Positions 1 to 10,452 of a stretch of DNA of 64,000 bases are shown here, piece after piece (the stretch's first letter is position 1; each line of letters starts with the position of its first letter). The DNA lies in IMG/VR virus record IMGVR_UViG_3300047476_002078, positions 1 through 64,000 of that record, one strand, 5' to 3'. The notes under the pieces are model-generated. The model was given only the letters and a program-made list of their open reading frames with translations. It did no database searches and was not told where the DNA came from. The position numbers and the translations under genes are program-made.

Positions 1-1
1 A

Positions 2-892
2 ACTGGAGTCCAAGGCGAAACTGGTGTTCAAGGTGAAACAGGAGTCCAAGGCGAAACTGGAGTACAGGGAGCCACAGGCGTTCAAGGTGAAACTGGAGTT
101 CAGGGAACAACTGGAGTCCAAGGAACCACAGGTGTCCAAGGTCAAACAGGTGTTCAAGGTGAAACTGGGGTACAGGGAACAACTGGAGTCCAAGGTCAAA
201 CTGGAGTCCAAGGAACCACAGGTGTTCAAGGTGAAACTGGAGTACAGGGAACAACTGGAGTCCAAGGAACCACAGGTGTTCAAGGAACAACTGGGGTACA
301 AGGAGTCCAAGGTCAAACGGGTGTTCAAGGTGAAACAGGAGTCCAAGGAGCGACAGGAGTCCAAGGAACCACAGGAGTTCAAGGCATCCAAGGAAATACA
401 GGCGTACAGGGTGAAACTGGAGTTGACGGTTACACAGGGGTACAAGGAACAACTGGGGTACTAGGATTTACAGGTGTCCAAGGTGGAACAGGAGTCCAAG
501 GAGCAACAGGTCCAGCTTCATTAGCTAACAATGAAGCTTCTGCCACACTTGATACAACAACAACGAGTAGTTCCGATGTTTTAATGTCAGGAATGACTTT
601 ATCACCTTCGGCAGGTAAATATTTGGTGACTTTTAGTACCGTAATATCTCAAGATACTGTAGGAGCTTCTGTTTTTGTTAGTATTTATAAAGGCGGTTCA
701 CAGGTTTCTGGAAGTGAAAGAGTGATTCAACCTCGTAACTCTACAGGTAACTCAACTTTAAACACTATTCCTGTGGCGGTAAATGCCATAGTAACAGTGA
801 CTAACGGACAGTCTATAGATATTTACTGGAGAACTTCGGGCGGAACAGCAACAGCTAAAGCTAGAATTATTGATATTATAAAAATTGCGTAA
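2..892 (+). CDS. Collagen-like fibre protein (5' truncated) with a C-terminal globular domain
   Basis: Frame +2 is open from base 2 to the TAA at 892. It reads (G-V-Q-G-x-T)n to 517, then continues into the track ORF 584..892, which is in the same frame. Track ORF 24..464 is a shadow frame of the repeat. Confidence 0.9.
   Translation, partial: TGVQGETGVQGETGVQGETGVQGATGVQGETGVQGTTGVQGTTGVQGQTGVQGETGVQGTTGVQGQTGVQGTTGVQGETGVQGTTGVQGTTGVQGTTGVQGVQGQTGVQGETGVQGATGVQGTTGVQGIQGNTGVQGETGVDGYTGVQGTTGVLGFTGVQGGTGVQGATGPASLANNEASATLDTTTTSSSDVLMSGMTLSPSAGKYLVTFSTVISQDTVGASVFVSIYKGGSQVSGSERVIQPRNSTGNSTLNTIPVAVNAIVTVTNGQSIDIYWRTSGGTATAKARIIDIIKIA
5..517 (+). repeat. 18-nt period collagen repeat, 57 Gly-X-Y triplets
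   Basis: Gly codons stay in 9-nt register from 5 to 509; units such as ggtgttcaaggtgaaact. Confidence 0.95.
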
Positions 893-905
893 TTGGAGAA
901 AATAA

Positions 906-1967
906 ATGGCTGACATTAAGTATGATTATATTAAAGTAATTAACCCTACCCAACTTTCTGAAGAAATTAGAAAAAGCTCTATTGTAACAGCTTTAAGTTA
1001 TATTTCTACTGAGGGTGAAAACGTACAAATCTATTTTAAAAGTGCTCTCTCTCAATTAGATAAAGACACTTTGGATAGTTTAGTGTCAAATCATTTACCT
1101 GCCTCAGATTATACGGCTCCAATTAATAAGGAAAATATCCCAATCTTCGAGCCTTCTTTGAGAAGAGGTAGAGAAGGAACAGAAACTTTTACAATCGTTT
1201 CACATGATTTTTCTGATAGAACTACTTGGTATCAAAATTCTATTCAAGTTACAAACCAAAGTCTCAGTTTGGTAAGTGGTAACATGTATCAAGCACCTGT
1301 AGGAAAAAGACACTGGATTAATATACATAATCCTAAATTAACGCTAGATCATAATAAAGTTTTAGAAAAAGATGGAAGCTTATCAGCAATATCTCTTCGT
1401 GAAGTTAAAGTTTATTCAAACGGTACTTTACTAAATTCTTCGGAATATTCAGTAGATTTTGAAAATGGTTCAGTAAGTTTTAATTCCCCGCAAGCTGGAA
1501 GTATTTCAGCCGATTTTTGGCATAATGATGGAGTTAGCTCAAATAATTTAGCTGATTTTATTATCAAACCTCAAACAGGCTATACTTTAAGAATTCAACA
1601 CGTAGAAATTCAAGTATCAAAAAATATTGCTTTTAATGACACTATAATTTTTGAAACTTGGGCAGGAGCGAACTTAGAAAATTATGGAAATTTTAGCAGT
1701 TCTGTTTTTGATTTAGGGTTTGGAATATCAAGAGCCTATTACCGTTCAATTAAAGATTTAATAAATTGGTGTAATAACTCATATCCTGTAATTCCTGCGG
1801 CAGGAGAATTACAAAACGATGTGATGTGTTTTCCTTTTATTTTTCTTCTTTCTCCTGAATTAAATTATAAGCAAAAATCTTTGATTAGACTTTGCACTAA
1901 AAATGGAGTGGGAGTTGCAGCGGAGATGGCTACAGCGACTTTTTATATGGAAAAATCTCAGATTTAG
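906..1967 (+). CDS. Putative virion structural protein
   Basis: 353-aa ORF with RBS GGAG, lying between the collagen and tube-like genes; beta-rich, no enzyme motif. Confidence 0.5.
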   Translation: MADIKYDYIKVINPTQLSEEIRKSSIVTALSYISTEGENVQIYFKSALSQLDKDTLDSLVSNHLPASDYTAPINKENIPIFEPSLRRGREGTETFTIVSHDFSDRTTWYQNSIQVTNQSLSLVSGNMYQAPVGKRHWINIHNPKLTLDHNKVLEKDGSLSAISLREVKVYSNGTLLNSSEYSVDFENGSVSFNSPQAGSISADFWHNDGVSSNNLADFIIKPQTGYTLRIQHVEIQVSKNIAFNDTIIFETWAGANLENYGNFSSSVFDLGFGISRAYYRSIKDLINWCNNSYPVIPAAGELQNDVMCFPFIFLLSPELNYKQKSLIRLCTKNGVGVAAEMATATFYMEKSQI

Positions 1968-2102
1968 GCTGTATAAAATAATAGCATAATAAAAATGACA
2001 TAATGAGTTAGTTCTTTAGTGGGAACGTATAAAAATATAGATAATCAATTATTAAATCATTTATACAGACTTTAAGAACTTTTTTTATCGGAGTTTCATA
2101 TT

Positions 2103-2741
2103 ATGGCTATTCCTACAAATTCACGCATTTATCGTTCGGGGACAACTCCTCAGACACGATCAGTCGTAAGCAGTAAAAACAGAATTTTTGCTCCTGCGGC
2201 AGAAGGTAATCAATTACTTCAAATTGGAGCAATGGCAAGTTTTTCACCTAATGAATCACGAAATGTTGAACAGGTTAGAGGGATTGGTTACGGAGACATG
2301 ATTGCTGAACTTGTTCCGGGCGTAACAGAGGCAATGACTATTTCTGTCGTTAGAACTGCTTTATATCTTGCTAATGTTTTCCAAGTGTTTGGATACAAGT
2401 CAGGTACTTCAGGAGTTGTAAGATCATTAAGACATCATAAGTTCCCTTTTGATATAAAACATGAGCTTATTTTATCTTCTCTTACAGAAAATGCTACAGC
2501 TTCAGGCACTAAAGATTTAACAATATCAGGTCAAACTGTAAAAGCTCTCATCACTATTTTTGAGGGTTGTTGGATGACAAGCTGGAGCACCGAGTTTACT
2601 TCTGATGCTGCGATGGTTCAAGAAAACGTAGAAATTATTGTTACTGACGTTGTGGACGCTGACTCTACTTACAATGAATTTATTGATGCTGGTCTTGGAG
2701 GCAATGACGCTTACCAGTCTAACATTTACAAAGCTATTTAA
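2103..2741 (+). CDS. Putative tail tube protein
   Basis: 212 aa; SRNVEQVRGIGYGDMIAELVPG and a C-terminal EGCWMTSWS..AMVQENVEIIVTD pattern resemble large-myophage tube proteins; followed by a terminator and chaperone-like genes. Confidence 0.6.
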   Translation: MAIPTNSRIYRSGTTPQTRSVVSSKNRIFAPAAEGNQLLQIGAMASFSPNESRNVEQVRGIGYGDMIAELVPGVTEAMTISVVRTALYLANVFQVFGYKSGTSGVVRSLRHHKFPFDIKHELILSSLTENATASGTKDLTISGQTVKALITIFEGCWMTSWSTEFTSDAAMVQENVEIIVTDVVDADSTYNEFIDAGLGGNDAYQSNIYKAI

Positions 2742-2747
2742 TTTTTT

Positions 2748-2778
2748 AAGGGAGTAAAAGTTAATTTTTTACTCCCTT
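2748..2778 (+). terminator. Rho-independent hairpin
   Basis: aagggagtaaaa / ttttactccctt 12-bp stem right after the tube-like gene. Confidence 0.75.
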
Positions 2779-2795
2779 TAACTATAATATAAAAT

Positions 2796-3284
2796 ATGGA
2801 TATAAAAAAACTTTCAAAAAAATTCGCTGAATTACACGCATCAACAATTCAAACTAAAGAAGTAGAAGTTCATGGTATGAAGGTAAAACTTCGACCATTG
2901 CAAAGCATAGAAGAAATTCAACTTCACAAATTAGTTTCAGATTTATCTGGTATAGAATATCTTTTAAGATTAAAACAAGAAACTTTAGGTTTTTCCATTT
3001 CTAGTATTGATGATGAAGAATTAGAAGAAGAAATAACAGATGATAGTGGTTCTTCTATGCCTAAATCTTTATATTTGAAGAAGAATTTTTTGTCTAAGTT
3101 ACCACAACAAGCAACTGATATTCTTTTCAACGCTTATCTTGTCTTAGGCATTGAGATGGAAGAAAAATCCAAATCTCAGATTAAATTTGATAACGCTGAT
3201 TTAATAAATAAATATCTTGAAGAAGAAAATGTTAAAAAAGTTAGCGAAACTGTAGATAAAATTATCGAAAAACAAGAAAACTAA
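2796..3284 (+). CDS. Putative tail assembly chaperone
   Basis: Acidic 162-aa ORF directly after the tube-like gene; KVKLRPL..EE pattern. Confidence 0.45.
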   Translation: MDIKKLSKKFAELHASTIQTKEVEVHGMKVKLRPLQSIEEIQLHKLVSDLSGIEYLLRLKQETLGFSISSIDDEELEEEITDDSGSSMPKSLYLKKNFLSKLPQQATDILFNAYLVLGIEMEEKSKSQIKFDNADLINKYLEEENVKKVSETVDKIIEKQEN

Positions 3285-3308
3285 TTGATCTAATGGGGTT
3301 TAATTTAG

Positions 3309-4427
3309 ATGGAAGATGACTCATACTTTCTTGAGTCGCAAAACGACTTCATTGAAATTCAAACTCCTGATTTTGAAGACAATTATTTTCAAGTAAAGAA
3401 TTTAATTTTTGACGGGTTTGTTCCTGTAAGAATAAATTTTGGAAATTATAATTTTGTAGTAAAAGCTTTAAACCCTTCCGATTTTAAATACATTGATTTA
3501 ATAACAAATTCATCGTCTTCCAAAGTCCCTTTGTATTTTTTATATTCTCTTGTATTTTTTGACGGTCAAGAAATAGTCCCATTCAGAAAAGAACTTCACG
3601 AAGACGTTTTTAATTTATTTAATTCTTTTTCAAATAAAACCATAGATAGAATAATGCAATTATTGGGGTATCTTCAAGGATACTATACTAAATGCTATGA
3701 AAATTTAGAGGGTTATTTGTATGAAAAAGAATCCAGATACAAATGGGAAGTTTATAAACACAAAGCTTTAAACAGTTTAATTAAAGGTTTTTCAGATTAC
3801 AATACTGCTCAAGAAGTTTGGGTTAGTTTTAATCAAAGAGAAGACGAAAGAGAAAAAAGTGAAAATGATTTCATCCATTCTAAGTTCATAGCTTCAGCTT
3901 TTATTGGAAGCAAAGAGATCAAGCGTATAGAACAATTAGAAAAGAATCGTTGGAATGAAGAATTAAAAAGACGACAAAACGTAAGATTAAAAAATAAAGA
4001 AGATAAAATTATTCTCTCTGCTCCAATTTTAACTTCAGATGATCTCGTTAAAGAACTAGAAAAGCAAATCAAAGGTGAAATGGATGTGCATGATAGAATA
4101 ATAAAACAACATGAAGAACAGATGGAAAAATTCGCTGAACAGAGACGTTTACAAATGGAAGCTATGAAATCTCAAATGTCTTTTGGAGAAGAAGACAAAA
4201 ATATTTTTGGCGGAAGCAAAGCTGTTTCTAAAAAAGAAATGGAAGATAGTTTAAATAAATCACCAAACGATATACCTAAATATTCAGAGCAGACTGATAG
4301 ATATTTGAACAAAATTTCTCAAACAAAAATACAAGGTTCAGAATTAACTCAAGAAAGATCAATAAGTATTTTTGACCCTGAAGTACAAGAAGAACTAGAA
4401 AAATTAGAAAGGGTGATAAAAAAATGA
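3309..4427 (+). CDS. Hypothetical protein, possibly tail-assembly associated
   Basis: 372-aa ORF with a charged coiled-coil C-terminus; position in the tail module. Confidence 0.45.
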   Translation: MEDDSYFLESQNDFIEIQTPDFEDNYFQVKNLIFDGFVPVRINFGNYNFVVKALNPSDFKYIDLITNSSSSKVPLYFLYSLVFFDGQEIVPFRKELHEDVFNLFNSFSNKTIDRIMQLLGYLQGYYTKCYENLEGYLYEKESRYKWEVYKHKALNSLIKGFSDYNTAQEVWVSFNQREDEREKSENDFIHSKFIASAFIGSKEIKRIEQLEKNRWNEELKRRQNVRLKNKEDKIILSAPILTSDDLVKELEKQIKGEMDVHDRIIKQHEEQMEKFAEQRRLQMEAMKSQMSFGEEDKNIFGGSKAVSKKEMEDSLNKSPNDIPKYSEQTDRYLNKISQTKIQGSELTQERSISIFDPEVQEELEKLERVIKK

Positions 4428-4585
4428 TTGTATGTCTTAATTGCGGAATAGAGTTATCAGAGGAAAAAGATATATATTTCTCTGAATATGAGATTTATGC
4501 TAAAGCCTACATTTGCGAATGTGGTGGAGAATTTATGACATCCGATCAATTGGATGACATGTTAAATAAGATTAAGAAAGAATAG
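4424..4585 (+). CDS. Small zinc-finger protein (YgiT-type-like), not in the track
   Basis: ATGA overlap with the previous stop; MIVCLNCGIE...AYICECGGEFMTSDQLDDML, 53 aa. Confidence 0.65.
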   Translation: MIVCLNCGIELSEEKDIYFSEYEIYAKAYICECGGEFMTSDQLDDMLNKIKKE

Positions 4586-7500
4586 TGTTATTTATACCTA
4601 TTTGTTCGTTAGAAGAATTCTGAGAATCAACGGCTCTTTTTATAGAAGATACTGTACCTGTACCTCTACTTGCTCTGTAAGTTAGCCAAGAATATCTTTT
4701 ATTGAATAAATTTTCTTGCGTTGACGTAAGAGTATTGGAAATTTCAGATAACCTATCATTCAAATTAGATAAAAATGTATTTATTTCATTCAAACGACTA
4801 GGGTTAGTAACATCACGTCTATTTGTAATGTTTGAATTTTGATTTATATCCATCGTTAAATCAATTTGATTTTTAGATTTTGATTGATTCGTATCTGAAA
4901 TGAAAGAATTAACTTTATCTCTCCATTCTTTAGCTTCGTTAAAAGATATATCATAAGGAGGTCTAAATTCTTCCATTATAACAGATAGAAAATCATTTAC
5001 TTGATTTAAAAGAACTAAATACAGATTTTGGTTATTTATTTCCCCTTGAACAAGATTCAGCCAATCTTGATACTCTTCCGAAGTGAGTCTTGTAGTTTCA
5101 GGTTCTTGACCCGGAAGAGGAAAAGAAAAAGTAGGAAGAGATAAAATAACATTGAGTAATGAGGTTTCAGAATTTATGTTAGATTTTTCATTATTTACAT
5201 AAGTAACAATAGTATTGTTAGTAGTTCCTCCTGTAGTAGTTCCATTATCATTTTGATTGATTCCATCTAAAGCTGGAACTCTGAAAGGAAGTGATGAGCT
5301 ATAACCTTGTGGAAATAATCTCGATGAAGAATTAACTATATTTTGAATATCTGATTCGGTTACTACACCGTTATTTGCTCCAACAATCCATCCGTTGTAC
5401 TTCAATCTTTCGTTAGTGAAAGCATTAATTCTGTTATTAAAAAAATCAAAATATTTTTTGGCAATTCCGTCCTCTATTCTAGCTTTGTATTCTACCCACT
5501 TAGGAGTTTCATTTCCTGAATCTGAATTAGCTTCTTCTCCTCCTGCCGTTGCAGAGTAACCACTGGACGAAGGATTAGATAAACTATCATTTTCAGAGCG
5601 GATTTTATCCAATATTTTTTCTGCAATATCATTTTCATAAACAACGTCATAGAAAAATTGATCTGGAGAAATAAATTCGTAAGAAGCTTTGACAATGCTC
5701 CCTTCGTTTAAGTTTGAAAAAAACTTATATGTAGCAACTATTGTGGAATTTTCAGGTATATTTGAAAATATTGTGTAGCTTGCTTGAATACTAGAGCTTG
5801 AATTTAATTTTTTAAGATCAGATAAAGTTATAGTACCGTTTTCATTAATCGTGTAATCAATGCCTTCTTGTAAAATAACATTGTTATCTTTCACTGTTAT
5901 TGGAAGATCAATTATTGGTGTCGATAAGAAAGATAGCTCTGTTTGACCTTCTAAAAATACAGGTCTTCTAGTAAATTGGATAACATCTATAGGATATATC
6001 GGAGCTACTGTTCTACTTAATAATTGAATTATTGTTTTTCCGTCTTCAAATCTTGAAGATAAAACGGAGTATAAGTTATTGTTGATTTTAATGACTGTGT
6101 TAGGTTTGTAATTATTTGTAACATCTACCCCGTTAAACTCGATAGTGCTACTACCTGCAACACATTTTTCTGGGCTGTTAGTTTCAGTAATGAAGGTAAC
6201 AGGTTTTTTTGTCGTTCTTAAAATAGGGTTTTCATAAGCAGTATAAAATAAACCCTGCACAGTAATTATGGTGTCAGTTAGACCGGAATCTGTTTGATTG
6301 TTTGTAAATCCTAACATTAAGTTAGCAGTTCCTTCTTTAATTTTTAATCTGCTCCCTATTCCTGAACTTTGTGACTCTAGTTTAACAACTGTTTGGTTAT
6401 TAATAGTCACTGAAGAGGCTATGCTTACTATTAAGTTTATATCTTCTGCAATATCTTGAGCAGTTCTATCTCCAGATGTGAGTATGATAGTTTTTTCGAC
6501 ATCATCAACTTCAATAATAAATTTGTCGTTGATGCCAGAAGTTATTCTGAAAGGTTCAGGATTTGAAAAAAGAGTGGCTTTGTTTGACGTACTAGAAGAT
6601 TCTACTAAATAAAAATCATTATTTATTTGTATTAAAGTATCAGGCAGGTAATTGTTCGCAACATTAGCTTCTCTGATATAAAAAGTGTTACCGTTTTGAG
6701 GAACTTTAAATGAATTAATTTCAATAGGAGCGTTCACCAAATCAAATGCAAATTCTCCTCCATTAGCACCAAAACCTACAGAGTTTAAACCTGTGGTAAG
6801 ACCTAAATTTATGTTACCGTTTGCTTGAAGAATTTGAATACTGCTTGAACTTCCTGCAATTCTACTTGAAATGATAAATCTATTACCTGCGGTATTCTTT
6901 GTCGCAAAACTATTAGAGGCTTGTGAATTATAAGCTTCTATTATCTCATCTAAACTTACGTTTAGACCGATAGGTAGAGTAATAGATTCTATTACAGATT
7001 CAACTTGAATTATAATGTTATCATTTTCTCCTGCCGTTATGGTGTATGGGGCAGGCAAAGTATTAGTAACCGTAGCAGGAGTTCCTGCTAAAATTTCATC
7101 ATTTATTTGTCCAAAATCCGCCGATCTATAGCTTGCAGTTAAAACGTCTTCTGGAAACAAAGGGGTGTTTAAATTTAAAAATCCTGCTTCTAAAGCAATA
7201 ACATATTCACTTGAATCAACTATAGTTCCATTTTTTTTGATTATAAGATCATTTGAAATCAAAGCCCCTTCAGTTGATAAAACATATTCTGCAATCAAAT
7301 CATCCGTAAAACTTTGAGTGAAATATATCCGACCTGAACTCATCGCTCTACTTTGGTATTCTGTAGTATCTTGGGCTATGAAATCTACATTTGGAGTGAG
7401 CAGATTACCGTTTAATGTAATGGAGATTAAATCTTTAATAACTCCACCAACTCCCGTATTATTGAGATCGAACTGCGAAGTTGAAGAATCGAACGTATAA

Positions 7501-8312
7501 ACTTCATTTGTTATTGTGCGAAGAAAATTGATGCGGTTATCTTGAAGTGATATTGTGTAACCTATATTTTCTTCTGAAATTTCTTCGTTTATGCTGATTT
7601 GTAGCGTTCCCGAAATTATCAATTTTAAAACAGGCATGTTTACAAACTGAATACCACTTGATGCGTTTTTAACCAAAATTTCATCAACAACAACTTTTAT
7701 TCGGGCTAGATCAAATTCTGGATTTGTTGTGTTATTAACAAAAATAATGTTCGCCCCGTTATCTATCGGAGTTATTCCTGACGAAGGAACTAAAACTCCA
7801 GTAGCATCATAATTCTGACTTTGGTTAATCCATTTAAAATCTATGGATGAAAAAACAAAATTATTTTTTACCCACTTAACTGAACTGCTTCCAAGTTTTG
7901 CGGTAGTCTCTGATTCAATTAAATATTCTGCGGTTTTTGCATAAAATACCTGAACAGTATTTTTAACATTCACTCCAATTTTTCCTTCGATTATTGCTCG
8001 ATCAGAAGGATTGCCTTGTAAAATCGCTTCATAATTAGAGTTTTGGTTTATAGCGTCAACTAAGTCTTGAAGTTGTTTTCCGACTAAAGGTATAACGAGA
8101 TTGTCTGAGTGTGTTAAGTCTTCGTTTACTAGAGTCACTAATTCTTTAGCGTTAAGAAAAAGAAAAGCTGTGTCACCAGAACCGTTGTATTTTACGGTAA
8201 AAGCGTTACTTAGCGTGTACGTTCCTGAAGTTGAAGGAGGCAATGTTTTTTTATGATTTACTGCCGAAACTCGTGGCTGTCTAATTATGAAACTTGTTAA
8301 ATTAATAGGCAT
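4572..8312 (-). CDS. Large virion structural protein (baseplate/tail-associated candidate)
   Basis: 1246 aa, Ser/Thr/Asn-rich beta modules, with two copies of an ITxGxNDx(I)II..G.AN..LG module. Confidence 0.6.
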   Translation of the reverse strand: MPINLTSFIIRQPRVSAVNHKKTLPPSTSGTYTLSNAFTVKYNGSGDTAFLFLNAKELVTLVNEDLTHSDNLVIPLVGKQLQDLVDAINQNSNYEAILQGNPSDRAIIEGKIGVNVKNTVQVFYAKTAEYLIESETTAKLGSSSVKWVKNNFVFSSIDFKWINQSQNYDATGVLVPSSGITPIDNGANIIFVNNTTNPEFDLARIKVVVDEILVKNASSGIQFVNMPVLKLIISGTLQISINEEISEENIGYTISLQDNRINFLRTITNEVYTFDSSTSQFDLNNTGVGGVIKDLISITLNGNLLTPNVDFIAQDTTEYQSRAMSSGRIYFTQSFTDDLIAEYVLSTEGALISNDLIIKKNGTIVDSSEYVIALEAGFLNLNTPLFPEDVLTASYRSADFGQINDEILAGTPATVTNTLPAPYTITAGENDNIIIQVESVIESITLPIGLNVSLDEIIEAYNSQASNSFATKNTAGNRFIISSRIAGSSSSIQILQANGNINLGLTTGLNSVGFGANGGEFAFDLVNAPIEINSFKVPQNGNTFYIREANVANNYLPDTLIQINNDFYLVESSSTSNKATLFSNPEPFRITSGINDKFIIEVDDVEKTIILTSGDRTAQDIAEDINLIVSIASSVTINNQTVVKLESQSSGIGSRLKIKEGTANLMLGFTNNQTDSGLTDTIITVQGLFYTAYENPILRTTKKPVTFITETNSPEKCVAGSSTIEFNGVDVTNNYKPNTVIKINNNLYSVLSSRFEDGKTIIQLLSRTVAPIYPIDVIQFTRRPVFLEGQTELSFLSTPIIDLPITVKDNNVILQEGIDYTINENGTITLSDLKKLNSSSSIQASYTIFSNIPENSTIVATYKFFSNLNEGSIVKASYEFISPDQFFYDVVYENDIAEKILDKIRSENDSLSNPSSSGYSATAGGEEANSDSGNETPKWVEYKARIEDGIAKKYFDFFNNRINAFTNERLKYNGWIVGANNGVVTESDIQNIVNSSSRLFPQGYSSSLPFRVPALDGINQNDNGTTTGGTTNNTIVTYVNNEKSNINSETSLLNVILSLPTFSFPLPGQEPETTRLTSEEYQDWLNLVQGEINNQNLYLVLLNQVNDFLSVIMEEFRPPYDISFNEAKEWRDKVNSFISDTNQSKSKNQIDLTMDINQNSNITNRRDVTNPSRLNEINTFLSNLNDRLSEISNTLTSTQENLFNKRYSWLTYRASRGTGTVSSIKRAVDSQNSSNEQIGINNTILS

Positions 8313-8902
8313 TATAATATCTTCCCAACTCCTACCCCAGAACCCCCAACAATATTGGGAGCACCTAAAATAGGTGTAACTACTGTGCCTGAAGATAATA
8401 CATGAGGCACGATTGAGTTTGCAATTGCTTTAGCTAATTTTGGGGAGTATTGACCTAACATGCCATTCGCTCCAAGCATACCTACAAGCAAAGCTTCCAT
8501 GGCTGTAGGCGTTAATCCTGAAACTGAACCTTGACCTACTCCCACGCCTACACCGGAGTGTACGGTTTGTGTTTGATTTCCAGCTAAAAACCACAAAGCA
8601 AAAGCTTCTGAAATAGCTCCTGCTAATTTTGGTGAATATTGACCAAGCATCCCTTGTGAAGCAAATTGACCTATCATTAACCCTTTTAACGCAGCGGAAT
8701 TAATTCCAAGAACTTTTGAAGTTCCGACTCCTCCTCCGAGAGTTCCTGAGTCTATTGTTTGAATTGTAGCGGTGGATAAAATATTTATTGTAACTGCATC
8801 GGATATTGCAGTAGCAAGTGCAGGAGAGGATTTTCCTAAAATCCCTTGTGCCGCAAATTGCCCTATTAGTAAACCTTTAAAAGCTGACGCTACTAATGTC
8901 AT
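8312..8902 (-). CDS. Gly/Ala-rich protein with three internal repeats
   Basis: TAATG overlap with the 1246-aa gene; three G.LG..SP.LA.AI repeats. Confidence 0.7.
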   Translation of the reverse strand: MTLVASAFKGLLIGQFAAQGILGKSSPALATAISDAVTINILSTATIQTIDSGTLGGGVGTSKVLGINSAALKGLMIGQFASQGMLGQYSPKLAGAISEAFALWFLAGNQTQTVHSGVGVGVGQGSVSGLTPTAMEALLVGMLGANGMLGQYSPKLAKAIANSIVPHVLSSGTVVTPILGAPNIVGGSGVGVGKIL

Positions 8903-8933
8903 ATTTAATTATAGTTTAATTTTAATCAAAATT

Positions 8934-9164
8934 ATGAACCTTGTGTTTATTTATAGACCAGATATTCCTAAAGAATTTGCTCTAGGCGTAATGTATGTTT
9001 TAAAAGGTTTCAACACTACACAGAACATGCAATTATTACGAGATTACATGGACGCAGAATCCGATATTTTAGTTTTTAAGTGGATAGAATCAATAATTCA
9101 AGACAATGACGTAGATCAAAAATATAGTTTAGGTTGGTGGAAAGCAAACCTTGTCGGTAACTAA
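8934..9164 (+). CDS. Hypothetical protein
   Basis: In-frame ATG at 8934 avoids overlap with the opposite-strand gene; 76 aa. Confidence 0.55.
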   Translation: MNLVFIYRPDIPKEFALGVMYVLKGFNTTQNMQLLRDYMDAESDILVFKWIESIIQDNDVDQKYSLGWWKANLVGN

Positions 9165-9185
9165 AACATTTTGTAAAATTTTTAA

Positions 9186-9773
9186 ATGAAGAACTTTTAT
9201 GAAATGCAAACAGTTAAATTCAAACTCAAGCCAATACAAAATTTTGAACCTGTTGGAAGTTGCGGGGTGTACGCTTTATCGTACATTACAGGATTAAAGT
9301 TATCTTACATTGATAAATTCACTCCTAAAAAAGGTTGGTGGTCGGATAAAGATATTTTGAAATTTTTAAAAAATTTGGGATATAAATATTTAAAAATATG
9401 TGATTCTACAATCCATCGTCAAAAACTTACTGGAAAGAACTACTATGAAAAAAATATTAACCATTTGAATGTAGTTTTAATATCCCAACATACTACCAAA
9501 GAAGAAGGAAGCTGGGCGGTAGTTTATGATAATAGATACTATCATGGAACAGAAGTTGAATTTTTCAGTGGGTATGAGCTATTAGTAAATCCGTTATGGA
9601 CAGGCTACGTTATTTTTCACCCTAAATGGAAAAGTTCAGCCAAACAAATAAGAGAAAAAATAGATCAAAATTTTTTAGCAATACATAAAATTTGCGGTAA
9701 AAAAAATATTAATGATTATTATCATCCCTCATTATCTATTTGGCATCACTCAGTTTCTAAAAAGTTTAAGTAA
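9186..9773 (+). CDS. Hypothetical protein, possible papain-like cysteine peptidase
   Basis: GSCGVYALS motif plus a later His and W-x-V-V-Y-D segment; weak. Confidence 0.35.
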   Translation: MKNFYEMQTVKFKLKPIQNFEPVGSCGVYALSYITGLKLSYIDKFTPKKGWWSDKDILKFLKNLGYKYLKICDSTIHRQKLTGKNYYEKNINHLNVVLISQHTTKEEGSWAVVYDNRYYHGTEVEFFSGYELLVNPLWTGYVIFHPKWKSSAKQIREKIDQNFLAIHKICGKKNINDYYHPSLSIWHHSVSKKFK

Positions 9774-10415
9774 TTTTTCCCAAGCGTTTGGCTTTAATTC
9801 TAGTTTCGGCTCTGGGATTATTTCAATTTCTAATTCCTTATCTTTTTTTGTAACTGCTTTTTGTTTAACAACTTCTTCATTTTCTTTCGGTTTTTCAGAT
9901 TCAACAACTACTAAAGGATTTTTCCACGGTTTAAGATAACCAAGAAGAACAAAAGAACCAGAATTTCCTATAAGTCTTTTTCTTCTATAAACTCCATCAC
10001 CTTCACGATTAATACCTATACCGTCGCTAGTATTTCCTTCTATCGTAATCATGGTCTTGTTATCTATGATTTTTTCAACGATGCCTGTGTGCCCTGAAGC
10101 TGTAGGTTTTCCGTTTTTGTAATAGTTCCAAATAACAATAGCTCCGACTTCTGGTTTACTTAGACGGGCTTCTTTTGGTGATTTATTCCAACATGTTAAT
10201 ACGTGCTCTGTTTTGAATATCCAAGAACTAATGCCTCCAAATTCATCTGTTTTTTTTATACAGTATTGGACAAAAGACATGCACCAAGGTTCCCCTTGAG
10301 CTTTCCCATCTACAGCTTTTTGAAATTCTTCAACCATTTTCCCCTTGTTTTTACCCGACTCTTTGACTCCAACAAGTTTAGAAGCTATTCCGCATAGTTT
10401 TTGAATCTTATTCAT
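9750..10415 (-). CDS. CHAP-domain peptidoglycan hydrolase (endolysin candidate)
   Basis: EPWCMSFVQ, GHTGIV and TIEGNT motifs. Confidence 0.85.
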   Translation of the reverse strand: MNKIQKLCGIASKLVGVKESGKNKGKMVEEFQKAVDGKAQGEPWCMSFVQYCIKKTDEFGGISSWIFKTEHVLTCWNKSPKEARLSKPEVGAIVIWNYYKNGKPTASGHTGIVEKIIDNKTMITIEGNTSDGIGINREGDGVYRRKRLIGNSGSFVLLGYLKPWKNPLVVVESEKPKENEEVVKQKAVTKKDKELEIEIIPEPKLELKPNAWEKLLKLFRN

Positions 10416-10452
10416 AGGTAATTCCTCCTAAGAATAATATAAATTAAAAGAA

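Noticed and set aside
24-464. 146-aa track ORF with KVKLE/KEPQ repeats
   Set aside because: Shadow frame of the collagen repeat; frame +2 gives perfect Gly-X-Y and joins the downstream domain
3260-3310. Possible programmed frameshift or readthrough between the chaperone-like genes
   Set aside because: No canonical slippery heptamer; both ORFs are in the same frame, separated by several stops
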